A stretch of DNA of 64,000 nucleotides, taken from Candidatus Latescibacterota bacterium. Lineage in GTDB: Bacteria; Latescibacterota; UBA2968. Below, piece after piece: positions 51,778 through 60,789 of the stretch (position 1 is its first letter; each line of letters begins with the position of its first letter). The stretch spans positions 4,704,001-4,768,000 of the forward strand of contig OZ242010.1 in NCBI GenBank assembly GCA_965204745.1, written 5' to 3'. The notes under the pieces are model-generated. The model searched no databases. It was not told where the DNA came from and saw only the letters and a list, made by a program, of their open reading frames with translations. The position numbers and the translations under genes were made by a program.

Positions 51778-52733
51778 GGGACCTACCCCCTAACCCCCGT
51801 TACTCGTTTCACTCGTTGTAGGCTACGCCTGTGCCTGCGAGAAAGGGGGAACAGTGATCGGTTTTGCGAGGGTATTGATGAGGGTTTTTAATCGCTTTAT
51901 GCCCTATCGGGACCTACCCCCCTAACCCCCCTTCCTAAAAGGAAGGGGGGAACAGTGATCGGTTTTGCGAGGGCTTGCGTGGGGGATTTTAATCGCTTTA
52001 TGCCCGCGCTCAAAGCCATCGAAATAGCCCTTGCGTTCAGCTATCAAGCAAGCCCTACTCCCCCTTTCCTCGCAGGAAAGGGGGCCGGGGGGATAGGTCC
52101 CATTGGGCAACGAGGATCGGTTTTGCGAGGGCTTGCGTGGGGGATTTTAATCGCTTTATGCCCGCGCTCAATGCCATCAGAACGGCCATTGATATAAGCC
52201 ATCAAAGGAGCTTTACTCCCCCTTTCCTCGCAGGAAAGGGGGCCGGGGGGATAGGTCCCATTGGGCAATGAGGATCGGTTTTGTGAGGGTATTGATGAGG
52301 GTTTTTAATCGCTTTACGCCCGCGCTCAATGCCATCGAAATAGCCCTTGCGTTCAGCTATCAAGCAAGCCCTACTCCCCCTTTCCTCGCAGGAAAGGGGG
52401 CCGGGGGGATAGGTCCCATTGGGCAATGAGGATCGGTTTTGCGAGGGTATTGATGAGGGTTTTTAATCGCTTTACGCCCGCGCTCAATGCCATCAAAACA
52501 GCCCTTGCGTTCAGCTATCAAGAAAGCCCTACTCCCCCTTTCCTCGCAGGAAAGGGGGCCGGGGGGATAGGTCCCATTGGGGAACAGTGATCGGTTTTGC
52601 GAGGGTATTGATGAGGGTTTTTTAATCGCTTTATGCCCGCGCTCAATGCCATCAGAACGGCCATTGATATAAGCCATCAAAGGAGCTTTACTCCCCCTTT
52701 CCTCGCAGGAAAGGGGGCCGGGGGGATAGGTCC
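51778..52733. repeat. BIME-like mosaic tandem array: five ~158-bp units plus left-end modules
   Basis: The hairpin ccccctttcctcgcaggaaagggggccgggggg recurs with a ~158-bp period. Confidence 0.95.
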
Positions 52734-55552
52734 AGCCTCCCCTGTTCTTCGGTCTTCATCCGCACGAGGATGTCCTGCCACGCTTCGACCAGATGGTTGA
52801 AGATGACCGCGTTTTGGGACTCGCCTTTGCGGTCGTAGTGTTCGTAGAGGATGCGCGCCAAGCGTTCGATAGACTCCACGCTGCCATCCATGGCGCGGGC
52901 CACTTGCGCTGCGCCTTTAAGACCTTCGCCATCGCGCTTGGGGTCCAAGTGATACGCCATGCGGAAACAGCCCTCCCACGCGGTCATCTTGGGCAGGCGG
53001 AGCGGACGGTCAGGGCCGTATTCATCGACCGGTAGCAGGCGCACTCGCCCGGCCCCGGCGGTGAGCAGATCGCGCATGGCTAGGGCGTTGATGGATACGT
53101 TCTTGGCTTGGGCGAGCACCTCGGCGTCGCCGTACTCGCCTTCGCCATAGCCATTCTGCCGAAGCCAGTCCATGCAAAACCGGCTCTCCGCGTCCAAGTT
53201 GCCCTGTTCCCGCTGGTGGTATTCGGCGATGACGCGGTTGATCTCGGTCAATGCCTCGCGCACGGGCACGGGTTCGCCATCGATGGTCTCCACGCTGCGG
53301 TACTGGGAGTAGATTTTCATGCCCGGCCCAATGGCTGCTTGCGCCAAATCCACCGGGGCGATGTGGCCCTCCCGCGTGAGGTGGTCGAGGTCCGCGGGCA
53401 AATCGCGCTCTAAGGCGTCCAAGAACTGGCGGCGCGTTGCCATGGGCGCGTCCTCATCTCGCGGCCGGCAGACCAAGACGACAGACGAGGCCAGCGCGTT
53501 GGTTCCGAGCGAAACGGAACGATTGCCCAACTCGGTTCGCATCGGCCAAGTGCCGATGATCTGAAAACCGGCATTCACCAGCGCGGACAACATCGTATCC
53601 CAACCCGTAGAAGTTTTGCCGCCGCGTTCCATCTCCTGTTGTTTGTAAGCGTAGAAAATGGACGACGGAAATTCCGGGCTACAACGCTTTCGTATCAACC
53701 GCAAGGTTTTGTTCAACAAGTCCTCAAACCGCTCGCGGGAATTTTCAAACCGAAACGGCGTGGCAATCATCTCTTCCGCTTTGGGTACCAGAATGCCGGC
53801 AAACAGATCAGGGTAGATGTCGCGCAACAATGGGCGCAACCATACATAGAAGAAGTCGGAGAGATCTGCGTAACCAATGTTGTCGTAATAAGGCGGATCC
53901 GTAACGATGACGGGACCCGCTTCGGCATAGATGGTCGTTGAGGCGTCGGCTTGGTGCGTTTTGCCTGCATTCGCATCGGAAGGGAGACGCTCGACAGCCT
54001 TTGATATCCATTCAATGTGAGCGAGCCAGTTTCCTGTTGAGTTAGAAAAGGGATTCGATTCGGCAAAATCCCAAACCATCGGGATTGCCTGACGTGCGAA
54101 AATGTTTCTTAACTTTTCACCCGGTACATTCCATGTCGCAAAACTGGAACAATAGTCCGCATTTTTGCCAACCGCCAACGCGAGATAGGTGCGAATCGCA
54201 TTGGCGTATTCCTCATCTGCCCCGTCTTTCATCACCAAATCCCCGACCTCTTTCAGCAGATCGCTAAACGCGGTCAAAGCGGTTAGTTGACGCTCGGTGA
54301 AAAGCTGATGCCAGTGCGTCAACCCGTAAGCCTGCACTCTGAAACCCAAGGCTTGCTTGGGTAGATTGCCAACAGGTCGCCATTTGGGTTTGGCTTTCTG
54401 CGCTGTGCGGATATGCAACTCAGTCGGCGACGCGAACAGCCGTTTGCGATTTCCTTCGGCGACGATGGCGGTCATCACCTCGCCCATCAGGCCCGCCCGC
54501 GCTTGCTCGCGCACAGAGTCCAATCGCACGCCTGCGTTACACGCGATACAGGTCGCGCCATTGCGGTTCACAGTGCCGCCCGTGGGGACGCCGTCGCTGT
54601 GGTCTTGCACCACAAACGAAATGTCCGCGCCCTCGACGACCGGGCGTATCCAGTGCTCATTGCCCTTTTTCTTCGACACTTGGAAGGTTCGCATCAGGGG
54701 CATTGCCGCGCCGCATGTCGGGTTTGGGCAGGGGATTGTGCGCGCCCACAGCCACGCGATCACCGTGGCCTCGCCGCCATCCATCAATCGCACCTTGGGG
54801 TAGAAATGCCCGACGCGCTCGTGTGCCCGTTCGCGCATCCACCGGCCGTAATACCGAATGTCGTCTGCAAGCCCGGCCGCGCCGCGCCATCCGCGGGTTT
54901 TTTTGGATTTACTTTTTTTGGTGGTTATGCCCATCGGGTCCGCATCCGGATTGATCGGTGGGCGGTTGTGGAATTTGGGCGGCAACTCGATCAGGGCTTT
55001 GGTGATGAGCACCGCGACCGGGTTGAGGTCCGTGCCGACTGCTTTCAGCCCTAGGCGTTGCGCCTCCAGCGGAATCGAGCCACCGCCCGAGAAAGGGTCG
55101 TAAATGGGCAATGCCCTGTCCGCCAAAATCTGAAGGGGAGAATAATTATTCTCCCCAACATCCGCCTCCGAGGTGGGCGCTGTCTCGCCGCGGGCGCGGG
55201 CAACAGATCGGGCGATCTCGTATCGCGCCTCTCGCAACAGCGCCTGCACATCGGTCTTGCGCTCGTCCGTGCTCTCCCACTTGACCAACTCGCGGATGAT
55301 CCCGTGCAACCGCTCGCGCTCGGCCCGCTGTGCCTCCTCTGTGGGAAATTCCTCCTCACACGCCGACGGGTCATCCACCATACTGGCAAAAATGACCGCC
55401 CGACACGCCGCCAATGGCCGCCGCGCCCACCACAAATGCAGGGTTGAGGGATGGCCGTGCCGGATGGATTTCTCGCGGGCCGACTCAGCGTTGATCTCCG
55501 CTAAGGGCAGATCGACCTCGATGAGTTTTTTGCGTACTTTTGATTGTTTCAA
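52688..55552 (-). CDS. DUF1156-domain adenine DNA methyltransferase
   Basis: HLWWARRPL, DPFSGGGSIPLEA (motif I), Zn ribbon CPNPTC/CIAC, TDPPYYD (motif IV). Confidence 0.93.
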   Translation of the reverse strand: MKQSKVRKKLIEVDLPLAEINAESAREKSIRHGHPSTLHLWWARRPLAACRAVIFASMVDDPSACEEEFPTEEAQRAERERLHGIIRELVKWESTDERKTDVQALLREARYEIARSVARARGETAPTSEADVGENNYSPLQILADRALPIYDPFSGGGSIPLEAQRLGLKAVGTDLNPVAVLITKALIELPPKFHNRPPINPDADPMGITTKKSKSKKTRGWRGAAGLADDIRYYGRWMRERAHERVGHFYPKVRLMDGGEATVIAWLWARTIPCPNPTCGAAMPLMRTFQVSKKKGNEHWIRPVVEGADISFVVQDHSDGVPTGGTVNRNGATCIACNAGVRLDSVREQARAGLMGEVMTAIVAEGNRKRLFASPTELHIRTAQKAKPKWRPVGNLPKQALGFRVQAYGLTHWHQLFTERQLTALTAFSDLLKEVGDLVMKDGADEEYANAIRTYLALAVGKNADYCSSFATWNVPGEKLRNIFARQAIPMVWDFAESNPFSNSTGNWLAHIEWISKAVERLPSDANAGKTHQADASTTIYAEAGPVIVTDPPYYDNIGYADLSDFFYVWLRPLLRDIYPDLFAGILVPKAEEMIATPFRFENSRERFEDLLNKTLRLIRKRCSPEFPSSIFYAYKQQEMERGGKTSTGWDTMLSALVNAGFQIIGTWPMRTELGNRSVSLGTNALASSVVLVCRPRDEDAPMATRRQFLDALERDLPADLDHLTREGHIAPVDLAQAAIGPGMKIYSQYRSVETIDGEPVPVREALTEINRVIAEYHQREQGNLDAESRFCMDWLRQNGYGEGEYGDAEVLAQAKNVSINALAMRDLLTAGAGRVRLLPVDEYGPDRPLRLPKMTAWEGCFRMAYHLDPKRDGEGLKGAAQVARAMDGSVESIERLARILYEHYDRKGESQNAVIFNHLVEAWQDILVRMKTEEQGRLDLSPRPPFLRGKGE

Positions 55553-55566
55553 GGGTGCTCCTTTTT

Positions 55567-55724
55567 GGGACCTATCCCCCGGCCCTCGTTATTCGCTTCG
55601 CTCATTGTAAGGCTTACGCCTGTGCCTACGAGGAAAGGGGCGACAATGCAGGCGGACACTTGGAACTTTTTCTTTTACGCCTGTGCCTACGAGGAAAGGG
55701 GAGTAACGTTCCTTTGATGGCTTA
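55567..55724. repeat. REP/BIME-like element
   Basis: gggacctatccccc and tacgcctgtgcctacgaggaaagggg modules shared with 7168 and 51778. Confidence 0.75.
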
Positions 55725-55735
55725 AGTTGTTCCGA

Positions 55736-55889
55736 TGGCGTTGAGCGCGAGGGCCTGTGCGAATGGTTTTCTCGTTGTCCCCTGAGAATACCAAGTTCTC
55801 ATGGCGTTGAGCGCGGGGCCTGTGCGAATGGTATTCTCATTGTCCCCTGAGAATACCAAGTTCTCATGGCGTTGAGCGTGGGGGCCTGT
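55736..55889. repeat. ~65-bp tandem repeat x 2.4
   Basis: atggcgttgagcgcg...cctgagaataccaagttctc repeated. Confidence 0.85.
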
Positions 55890-55945
55890 CCCTACGGGTG
55901 ATGGGGTGCCGCGACTGACTTTTGCCGGATTCTCTTTTTTAAATC

Positions 55946-56287
55946 GTGTTGACATTTTTTTTTTCGTTCCGCACAAATTAGCAAATGTGTTGCTTGCTCA
56001 TCTAAGGCGTTTGGTCCTATAGCCTCGTTGGTTGCCTCCGATGCCTTCGGCGACCTACTTTTTTTCAACAGCAAAAAAAAGTAGGCAAAAAATGCCGCTC
56101 TCAAACGCCGAGAGGCTTGCACAGCGCAAATCGCTTTTGTAACAGAACGATATGAGTCAGCCTGTAAAGTGGGTTGCATAATGGATGTTGGTTGCCAGAC
56201 GGACTTGCGCGCTGTGCGTGATGGCTTTAGCTGATGGGCTTTTGCGATGGCACTTGTTGGGATGCCTGCTTTGAACTGCGGAACGTC
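55946..56287. repeat. Dispersed non-coding element, longest copy
   Basis: 56007-56287 matches 358-637. 55946-56018 matches the reverse complement of 48936-49012. Confidence 0.85.
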
Positions 56288-56383
56288 CGTGAATTTGCAG
56301 ACCGAGAGCATATCCTGCGATAGAGTTTGATTTTCTCGATAAACCGCCCATTCAGTTGCATTGCTCGTAAATGTCAACATAAC

Positions 56384-57043
56384 CTAACACCACTGCGGCG
56401 GCTTTCTGAGGACATAGCCGCTGGCCTTGGCGACCCGCTCTGGCAACTGACTGTCGCTGATTATCCTGCGGCCTATTGTGAACGATGCAGTCGCCGTTTT
56501 GCGAAGTTGTTTGGAAACGCGATTAGGCGGAAAGGCGACGACCACCCGTTTCTTTGGATACCGGTGGCGAACCGCACTTGTCGGGCGTGTCAAATCGCTA
56601 TCGCCTGAGATGATAATCGCCGTGTCGAAAACATCGTCTTGAGCATCGCCGAGCAGTTCAACCGCGATATTCACGTCGGTCATCTTCTCCTCGTAGGTCT
56701 CTTCAACCGCTCCGCACCGGAAGCAAGTTCTGCTTTTTGGCAGAAAGTGTCCGTAGTGGATATGCAAGTCCGGCAATGTTGTTAGGGCCTGCAAGTAAAT
56801 ATCTTGCCGAACCTGTTGATCCATGTCATCGTCGCGCGGCGCGATTTTTGCAGTAAAATACCTGACCATGACCAACCGTTGGCCGGGGCGCAACAACTTT
56901 TCAGATAGACGACGCAGGTCGAGCCAGTAGTAGTGCCGCCAGCCCTTGGACTTGAGGCCGTAGTAGAGATTGAACCCGTCAACGTACACCGACACCCGTT
57001 GTATCGCTGAAGCTACTGGATTCTGAAAATTTAGCCTTGACAT
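56384..57043 (-). CDS. NYN domain (LabA/DUF88, PIN-like) ribonuclease
   Basis: VYVDGFNLYYG, RYFTA, CxxC insert, EEKMTDVNIA, SGDSDL with acidic catalytic residues intact. RBS-like AAAGGTAGGG. Confidence 0.92.
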   Translation of the reverse strand: MSRLNFQNPVASAIQRVSVYVDGFNLYYGLKSKGWRHYYWLDLRRLSEKLLRPGQRLVMVRYFTAKIAPRDDDMDQQVRQDIYLQALTTLPDLHIHYGHFLPKSRTCFRCGAVEETYEEKMTDVNIAVELLGDAQDDVFDTAIIISGDSDLTRPTSAVRHRYPKKRVVVAFPPNRVSKQLRKTATASFTIGRRIISDSQLPERVAKASGYVLRKPPQWC

Positions 57044-57071
57044 ACACGCCCTACCTTTGTATTATTTTGAT

Positions 57072-57137
57072 ACCCCCCCAACGATACCGTCGTTGGCCCG
57101 ACGCTCCTCAGTTCTCAATGAGGGGCGTTTCTTTTTT
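57072..57137 (+). ncRNA. Predicted ~65-nt two-hairpin small RNA, unit 1
   Basis: C7 tract, hairpin ccaacga-taccg-tcgttgg, terminator acgctcctca/tgaggggcgt plus T tract. Confidence 0.65.
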
Positions 57138-57275
57138 GCATCTCCAGTTTCCCCACCTACGCATTCGCTACCGGTTCCTCTCCGGATCCTACCTTTGTAT
57201 TATTTTCAGACCTGTTGTTTTTTTTATTTTCAAAAAAGGATTGACGTACACGCCCTACCTTTGTATTATTTTGAT

Positions 57276-57343
57276 ACCCCCCCATTGATAGTATCTTTGG
57301 GCCGACGCTCTTCAGTTCTCGCTGAGGGGCGTTTCTTTTTTTT
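57276..57343 (+). ncRNA. Predicted small RNA, unit 2
   Basis: C7 tract, imperfect hairpin cccattgat-agt-atctttggg, terminator acgctcttcag/ctgaggggcgt plus T tract. Confidence 0.55.
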
Positions 57344-57476
57344 CTGGTTTCCCCACCTACGCATTCGCTACCGGTTCCTCTCTGGATCCTACCTTTGTAT
57401 TCTTTTCAGACCTGTTGTTTTTTCTCGATTTAAAAAAAGGATTGACATACACGCCCTACCTTTATATCATCTTGAT

Positions 57477-57542
57477 ACCCCCCCAGCGCTAGTACCGCTG
57501 GCCCGACGCTCCTCAGTTCTCGATGAGGGGCGTTTCTTTTTT
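57477..57542 (+). ncRNA. Predicted small RNA, unit 3
   Basis: C7 tract, hairpin ccagcg-ctagtac-cgctgg, same terminator. Confidence 0.65.
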
Positions 57543-57617
57543 GCCTCTCCCGTCTTGCCTCTCCCGTCTTGCGTCTTGTATCTTTTCTCACCTTTCGCAG
57601 TTCCCACTTGATGCGAA

Positions 57618-58391
57618 TTAAGAGGCCAATCTGATGTACCTGTCAATATCGGTGACAGATTTTTCCCGAAAGTCGTTCAGTGCCGGATACTGGGTATCGG
57701 CGTTCTTGGTCAGGTAGGCTCTTTCCTTTTTTCCCAACGCTTCAAAGTCCTCATAAACGACAAGGCTGAAGAACGGCAACTTCTCTTTTTCAAACTCCAA
57801 CAGAGCAATGGCGACATTTTTGGCCTTGTCGTTGCCCGGCACGCCGAAAACATAAAAGTCAACATGTTCGTATTTTAGAAACCAATCTACACTGATGAGA
57901 TATTCAGGGAGCGGGGAATGGTCCGCACGGGGATTAAACCGCTCGAGTTCGGTCGTGACGTATTCCTCCAAATCGTCGTAAAACGCACTGCGGATAATCT
58001 CTCTGCTCCAATAGCGCATATTGCACACTTTTTGCGCGCAACCCGCAAATTGCAATATACTCTCATAGAGTCTGTCCACAGGCGTATCGAGATAGAGATG
58101 GCCCTGATCGTTATGAACGCCGTTGTTGATGAGAATACTGTCAAAAATTCTCTGTCGGGTGTCGGTATTCACCTCGTAAGTGTAGGACAAGCGCATCAGC
58201 GTCATGCCAAAATCGCAAACGCGAACATATCCCGTGCGCTCGGTGCTATCCTGCAAATAGATGTCCACCATATCTCCATCCTCGTGGAGTATGGGCGCGA
58301 TCAACTGGTAATGCCCCGGGCGGCGCTCGTAGAAATCAAAGCCCGCCGCTATCGTGCCGCTCAATGAGGTCCTAATGCGATTGATGTCCAT
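57618..58391 (-). CDS. DUF1828 domain protein
   Basis: PILHEDGDMVDIYL...VCDFGMTLMRL N-domain; C-terminal restriction-endonuclease-like segment (VDW). Confidence 0.75.
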   Translation of the reverse strand: MDINRIRTSLSGTIAAGFDFYERRPGHYQLIAPILHEDGDMVDIYLQDSTERTGYVRVCDFGMTLMRLSYTYEVNTDTRQRIFDSILINNGVHNDQGHLYLDTPVDRLYESILQFAGCAQKVCNMRYWSREIIRSAFYDDLEEYVTTELERFNPRADHSPLPEYLISVDWFLKYEHVDFYVFGVPGNDKAKNVAIALLEFEKEKLPFFSLVVYEDFEALGKKERAYLTKNADTQYPALNDFREKSVTDIDRYIRLAS

Positions 58392-58535
58392 TTTTTTAGT
58401 TTCCCCGCCTACGCATTCGCTACCGGTTCCTCTCCGGATCCTATTCGCGCTGTGAACCTGTCTGAACAGCGACACGTTGAAAACCGATCCGCGTCTTTCG
58501 TCGTTTCGCGCTTCCGCGCTGGACCGACAATCCCT

Positions 58536-59021
58536 TTATCTCGACTTTGATGCCTTGTTGATAGCTTCAGCCAGAGGGCTACCGCATCTCAGCAAATGAA
58601 TGTTGGATCGCTGGTTTCTGAAGCGAATTTGATTGGTTGATTGTTGCAATTTGCGAAGTTCAATGCGATGCACTTTGCCGCCAAAAACAGCGATGGAAAG
58701 AAAAGAAACCTGCTCGTTTCTGGGGATGATTTTCTCGGCAAATTTCGCGCCTGCTTGAAGTTGCTCGATAACTGCTCTGGCCCCGAGACCACCCTTTTTC
58801 AATTCCATCGGCACGAGCCAAACCCGGTCTGAACCTCCGATGAAGATGTAGTCGCATCTTGTTTCGTTCTGTCCAATCGGGAGTTTATCACAATCCATTT
58901 GAATGAGGAAAAACGGTTGTGGTGCATTTTTCAAGCCAACCGAACACCCGCTCATCCCACACTTCCGCGCATGGCATGTCTTGTGAATAGTGGATTGGAT
59001 TCTGCTAACGAGATTTGCCAT
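58536..59021 (-). CDS. Putative PD-(D/E)xK-fold protein coupled to the upstream ATPase
   Basis: RCDYIFIG...PMELKKG...EQLQAG; overlaps the ATPase stop by 17 bp. Confidence 0.65.
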   Translation of the reverse strand: MANLVSRIQSTIHKTCHARKCGMSGCSVGLKNAPQPFFLIQMDCDKLPIGQNETRCDYIFIGGSDRVWLVPMELKKGGLGARAVIEQLQAGAKFAEKIIPRNEQVSFLSIAVFGGKVHRIELRKLQQSTNQIRFRNQRSNIHLLRCGSPLAEAINKASKSR

Positions 59022-60633
59022 GTGCGTTTCCCTCGCCTATCCGACTGGATATTTCCGCATAGTCATTGTACGTGCTGAGGCTGACCTCATCGAAACCGGA
59101 CTGGAAACCGCCAAAATCCACGTCGAGCGGTATTTCCTTTACGACTGACCCCTTGGGCCGTTGCTTCGGCTCGAATAGCCATGCTCCCACTTCGTCTCGG
59201 CTGAGTGCAAAGTCCGCGCTTGCGACACCCCGCCTTTTTGCTTTCGGCAGTTCCGATAACAAGACCAGATTCGCCAATTCTTCTAACACCCACTCGCTGT
59301 GCGTGGTGAGCATCACGCGGACGCCAGAACGCACGACCGCCGCGAGTTGGCGGATAAACGCGACCTGCATCTCCGGGTGCAAGTGAGACTCGGGTTCCTC
59401 GATAATCAGCACATCGCCCGGTTGAACCACATGGCGCAAGTACAACACGACCGGGGCCAACTCCGATACCATTGACGACGCATTCATCAACGGCAGATCC
59501 CGCCGCCAGTTAGTCGGACGATAGACAAACGAAGGATAGTCAATTTCCGACCTCTCAACGCGGACAGTCCCCCCCAATAACGCCCGTTCCAAATCTTGAG
59601 CGAGGACATTCTCGCGTTCGGGGTTGCGTCGAGATGAAGAGGCCAAGGCAACGAGTTGTTCCAGAAAATCCCCGAGAACCCCGGAGAGCACCGGCATCGG
59701 CGTCTCGCGTCTTAGTCCTACACGAGACGCGCTCGCGATCAACCCGCGCACAGCCACTTGATGCGCGTGCATGACGCCGGCGCGGTCAGCGGGAAGGTAA
59801 TACGCCGGGCGACTCAAGGGGCCGATGATGTTAGGAACAACATCTTTGGCAAGCGTTTTAAGCAAATCACCCACAGCACGTTTAGCAAAGTCATCTTTCT
59901 TGTCCAGCCGATTAAATAGCCAATTGACGTTCCTGTTGGTCATCTCCACGGGCCCCAACTTGCGTAATCCTTCATTCATTGCCTCTACCAGCCAATCAGT
60001 GATCCAATTCTCAATAAGGTAGGTATCCTTCAAAGCCACTTGCAAGGACAAGGTATTTGGAATCGAAACATCTAATTTAGCACCTTGCTCTATCACCATA
60101 ACTTCGTGCCCATCAGAGACATTGCATCCGGCGGCCTTTGAGCTATTGCAACGCAGTGAAAATTTTGCCCTGCCATCACTCGGATGACGGATCAAATTTT
60201 TTCCCTTATCCACCCCAAAACATCTGGCGATTTCACTCTCTAAGTTTTCGCTCAAATGCATGGCATTGTTGAGAATTGAGCGTACCAACGCCGCAATGGA
60301 TTCTGGTAATTTAATTGGGTCGGGCTTTTCAGGTTCAGCGGTTTCTAAGCCCGCAATCGTTTCTTTCACCCAAGCAAAAATATTTGAAATGTCATCTTTT
60401 GACACAGTCCGATGTCGCTCGGACAAAAACCGCATGTTGGCCCTTCTGAAACTGGTATCATCGAAGTTTTCACTAAAAAACTGATGCAGTGCGTAAATCA
60501 GAATCGCCAAGTAGGATTTGCCGGTGTTGCTCGGGCCGACGAAGACCGTCAGCGGGCGCAAGTCGATTTCTGCCTTGGCGATGGGGCCGAAGTTGGAGAC
60601 CCTCAGCGCGAGGGATTTTGTGTTGGTCGCCAT
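59005..60633 (-). CDS. ABC-type AAA_15/AAA_21 ATPase
   Basis: NFGPI, GPSNTGKS, signature-like ASSMVSEL, IIEEPESHLHP, TTHS. RBS GGAGG. Confidence 0.9.
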   Translation of the reverse strand: MATNTKSLALRVSNFGPIAKAEIDLRPLTVFVGPSNTGKSYLAILIYALHQFFSENFDDTSFRRANMRFLSERHRTVSKDDISNIFAWVKETIAGLETAEPEKPDPIKLPESIAALVRSILNNAMHLSENLESEIARCFGVDKGKNLIRHPSDGRAKFSLRCNSSKAAGCNVSDGHEVMVIEQGAKLDVSIPNTLSLQVALKDTYLIENWITDWLVEAMNEGLRKLGPVEMTNRNVNWLFNRLDKKDDFAKRAVGDLLKTLAKDVVPNIIGPLSRPAYYLPADRAGVMHAHQVAVRGLIASASRVGLRRETPMPVLSGVLGDFLEQLVALASSSRRNPERENVLAQDLERALLGGTVRVERSEIDYPSFVYRPTNWRRDLPLMNASSMVSELAPVVLYLRHVVQPGDVLIIEEPESHLHPEMQVAFIRQLAAVVRSGVRVMLTTHSEWVLEELANLVLLSELPKAKRRGVASADFALSRDEVGAWLFEPKQRPKGSVVKEIPLDVDFGGFQSGFDEVSLSTYNDYAEISSRIGEGNAHGKSR

Positions 60634-60789
60634 GTTGAATCCTCCTGTGTGTCGCGAGTTTGTCACGAGTTTAGTCGGTGTTTTTCAGGCGGTACACCCG
60701 CTTGTTGATCGCGGCTTTGAGAATCCTTTGAGCGTACTCAATGAAGCCAGCCGCGATCCGATTGCAGGCCCGAGCGGTGAATAGATACG

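Larger units (their letters stand above)
57037..57543 (+). repeat. Tandem array of three ~200-bp promoter-RNA-terminator units
   Basis: Units start at 57037, 57241 and 57442 with TTGACA/G-17-TATTAT/TATCAT. Confidence 0.92.

Noticed and set aside
51778-52733. CRISPR or TIGR-like guide array
   Set aside because: The variable segments have only two alleles each rather than unique spacers, the unit is 158 bp, the family is dispersed in the window, and there are no cas genes.
57037-57543. CRISPR mini-array or protein-coding ORFs (57057-57611, 57037-57288)
   Set aside because: Each unit has its own promoter and terminator, and the variable part is a ~19-nt self-complementary hairpin. The ORFs are low-complexity translations of the repeat.
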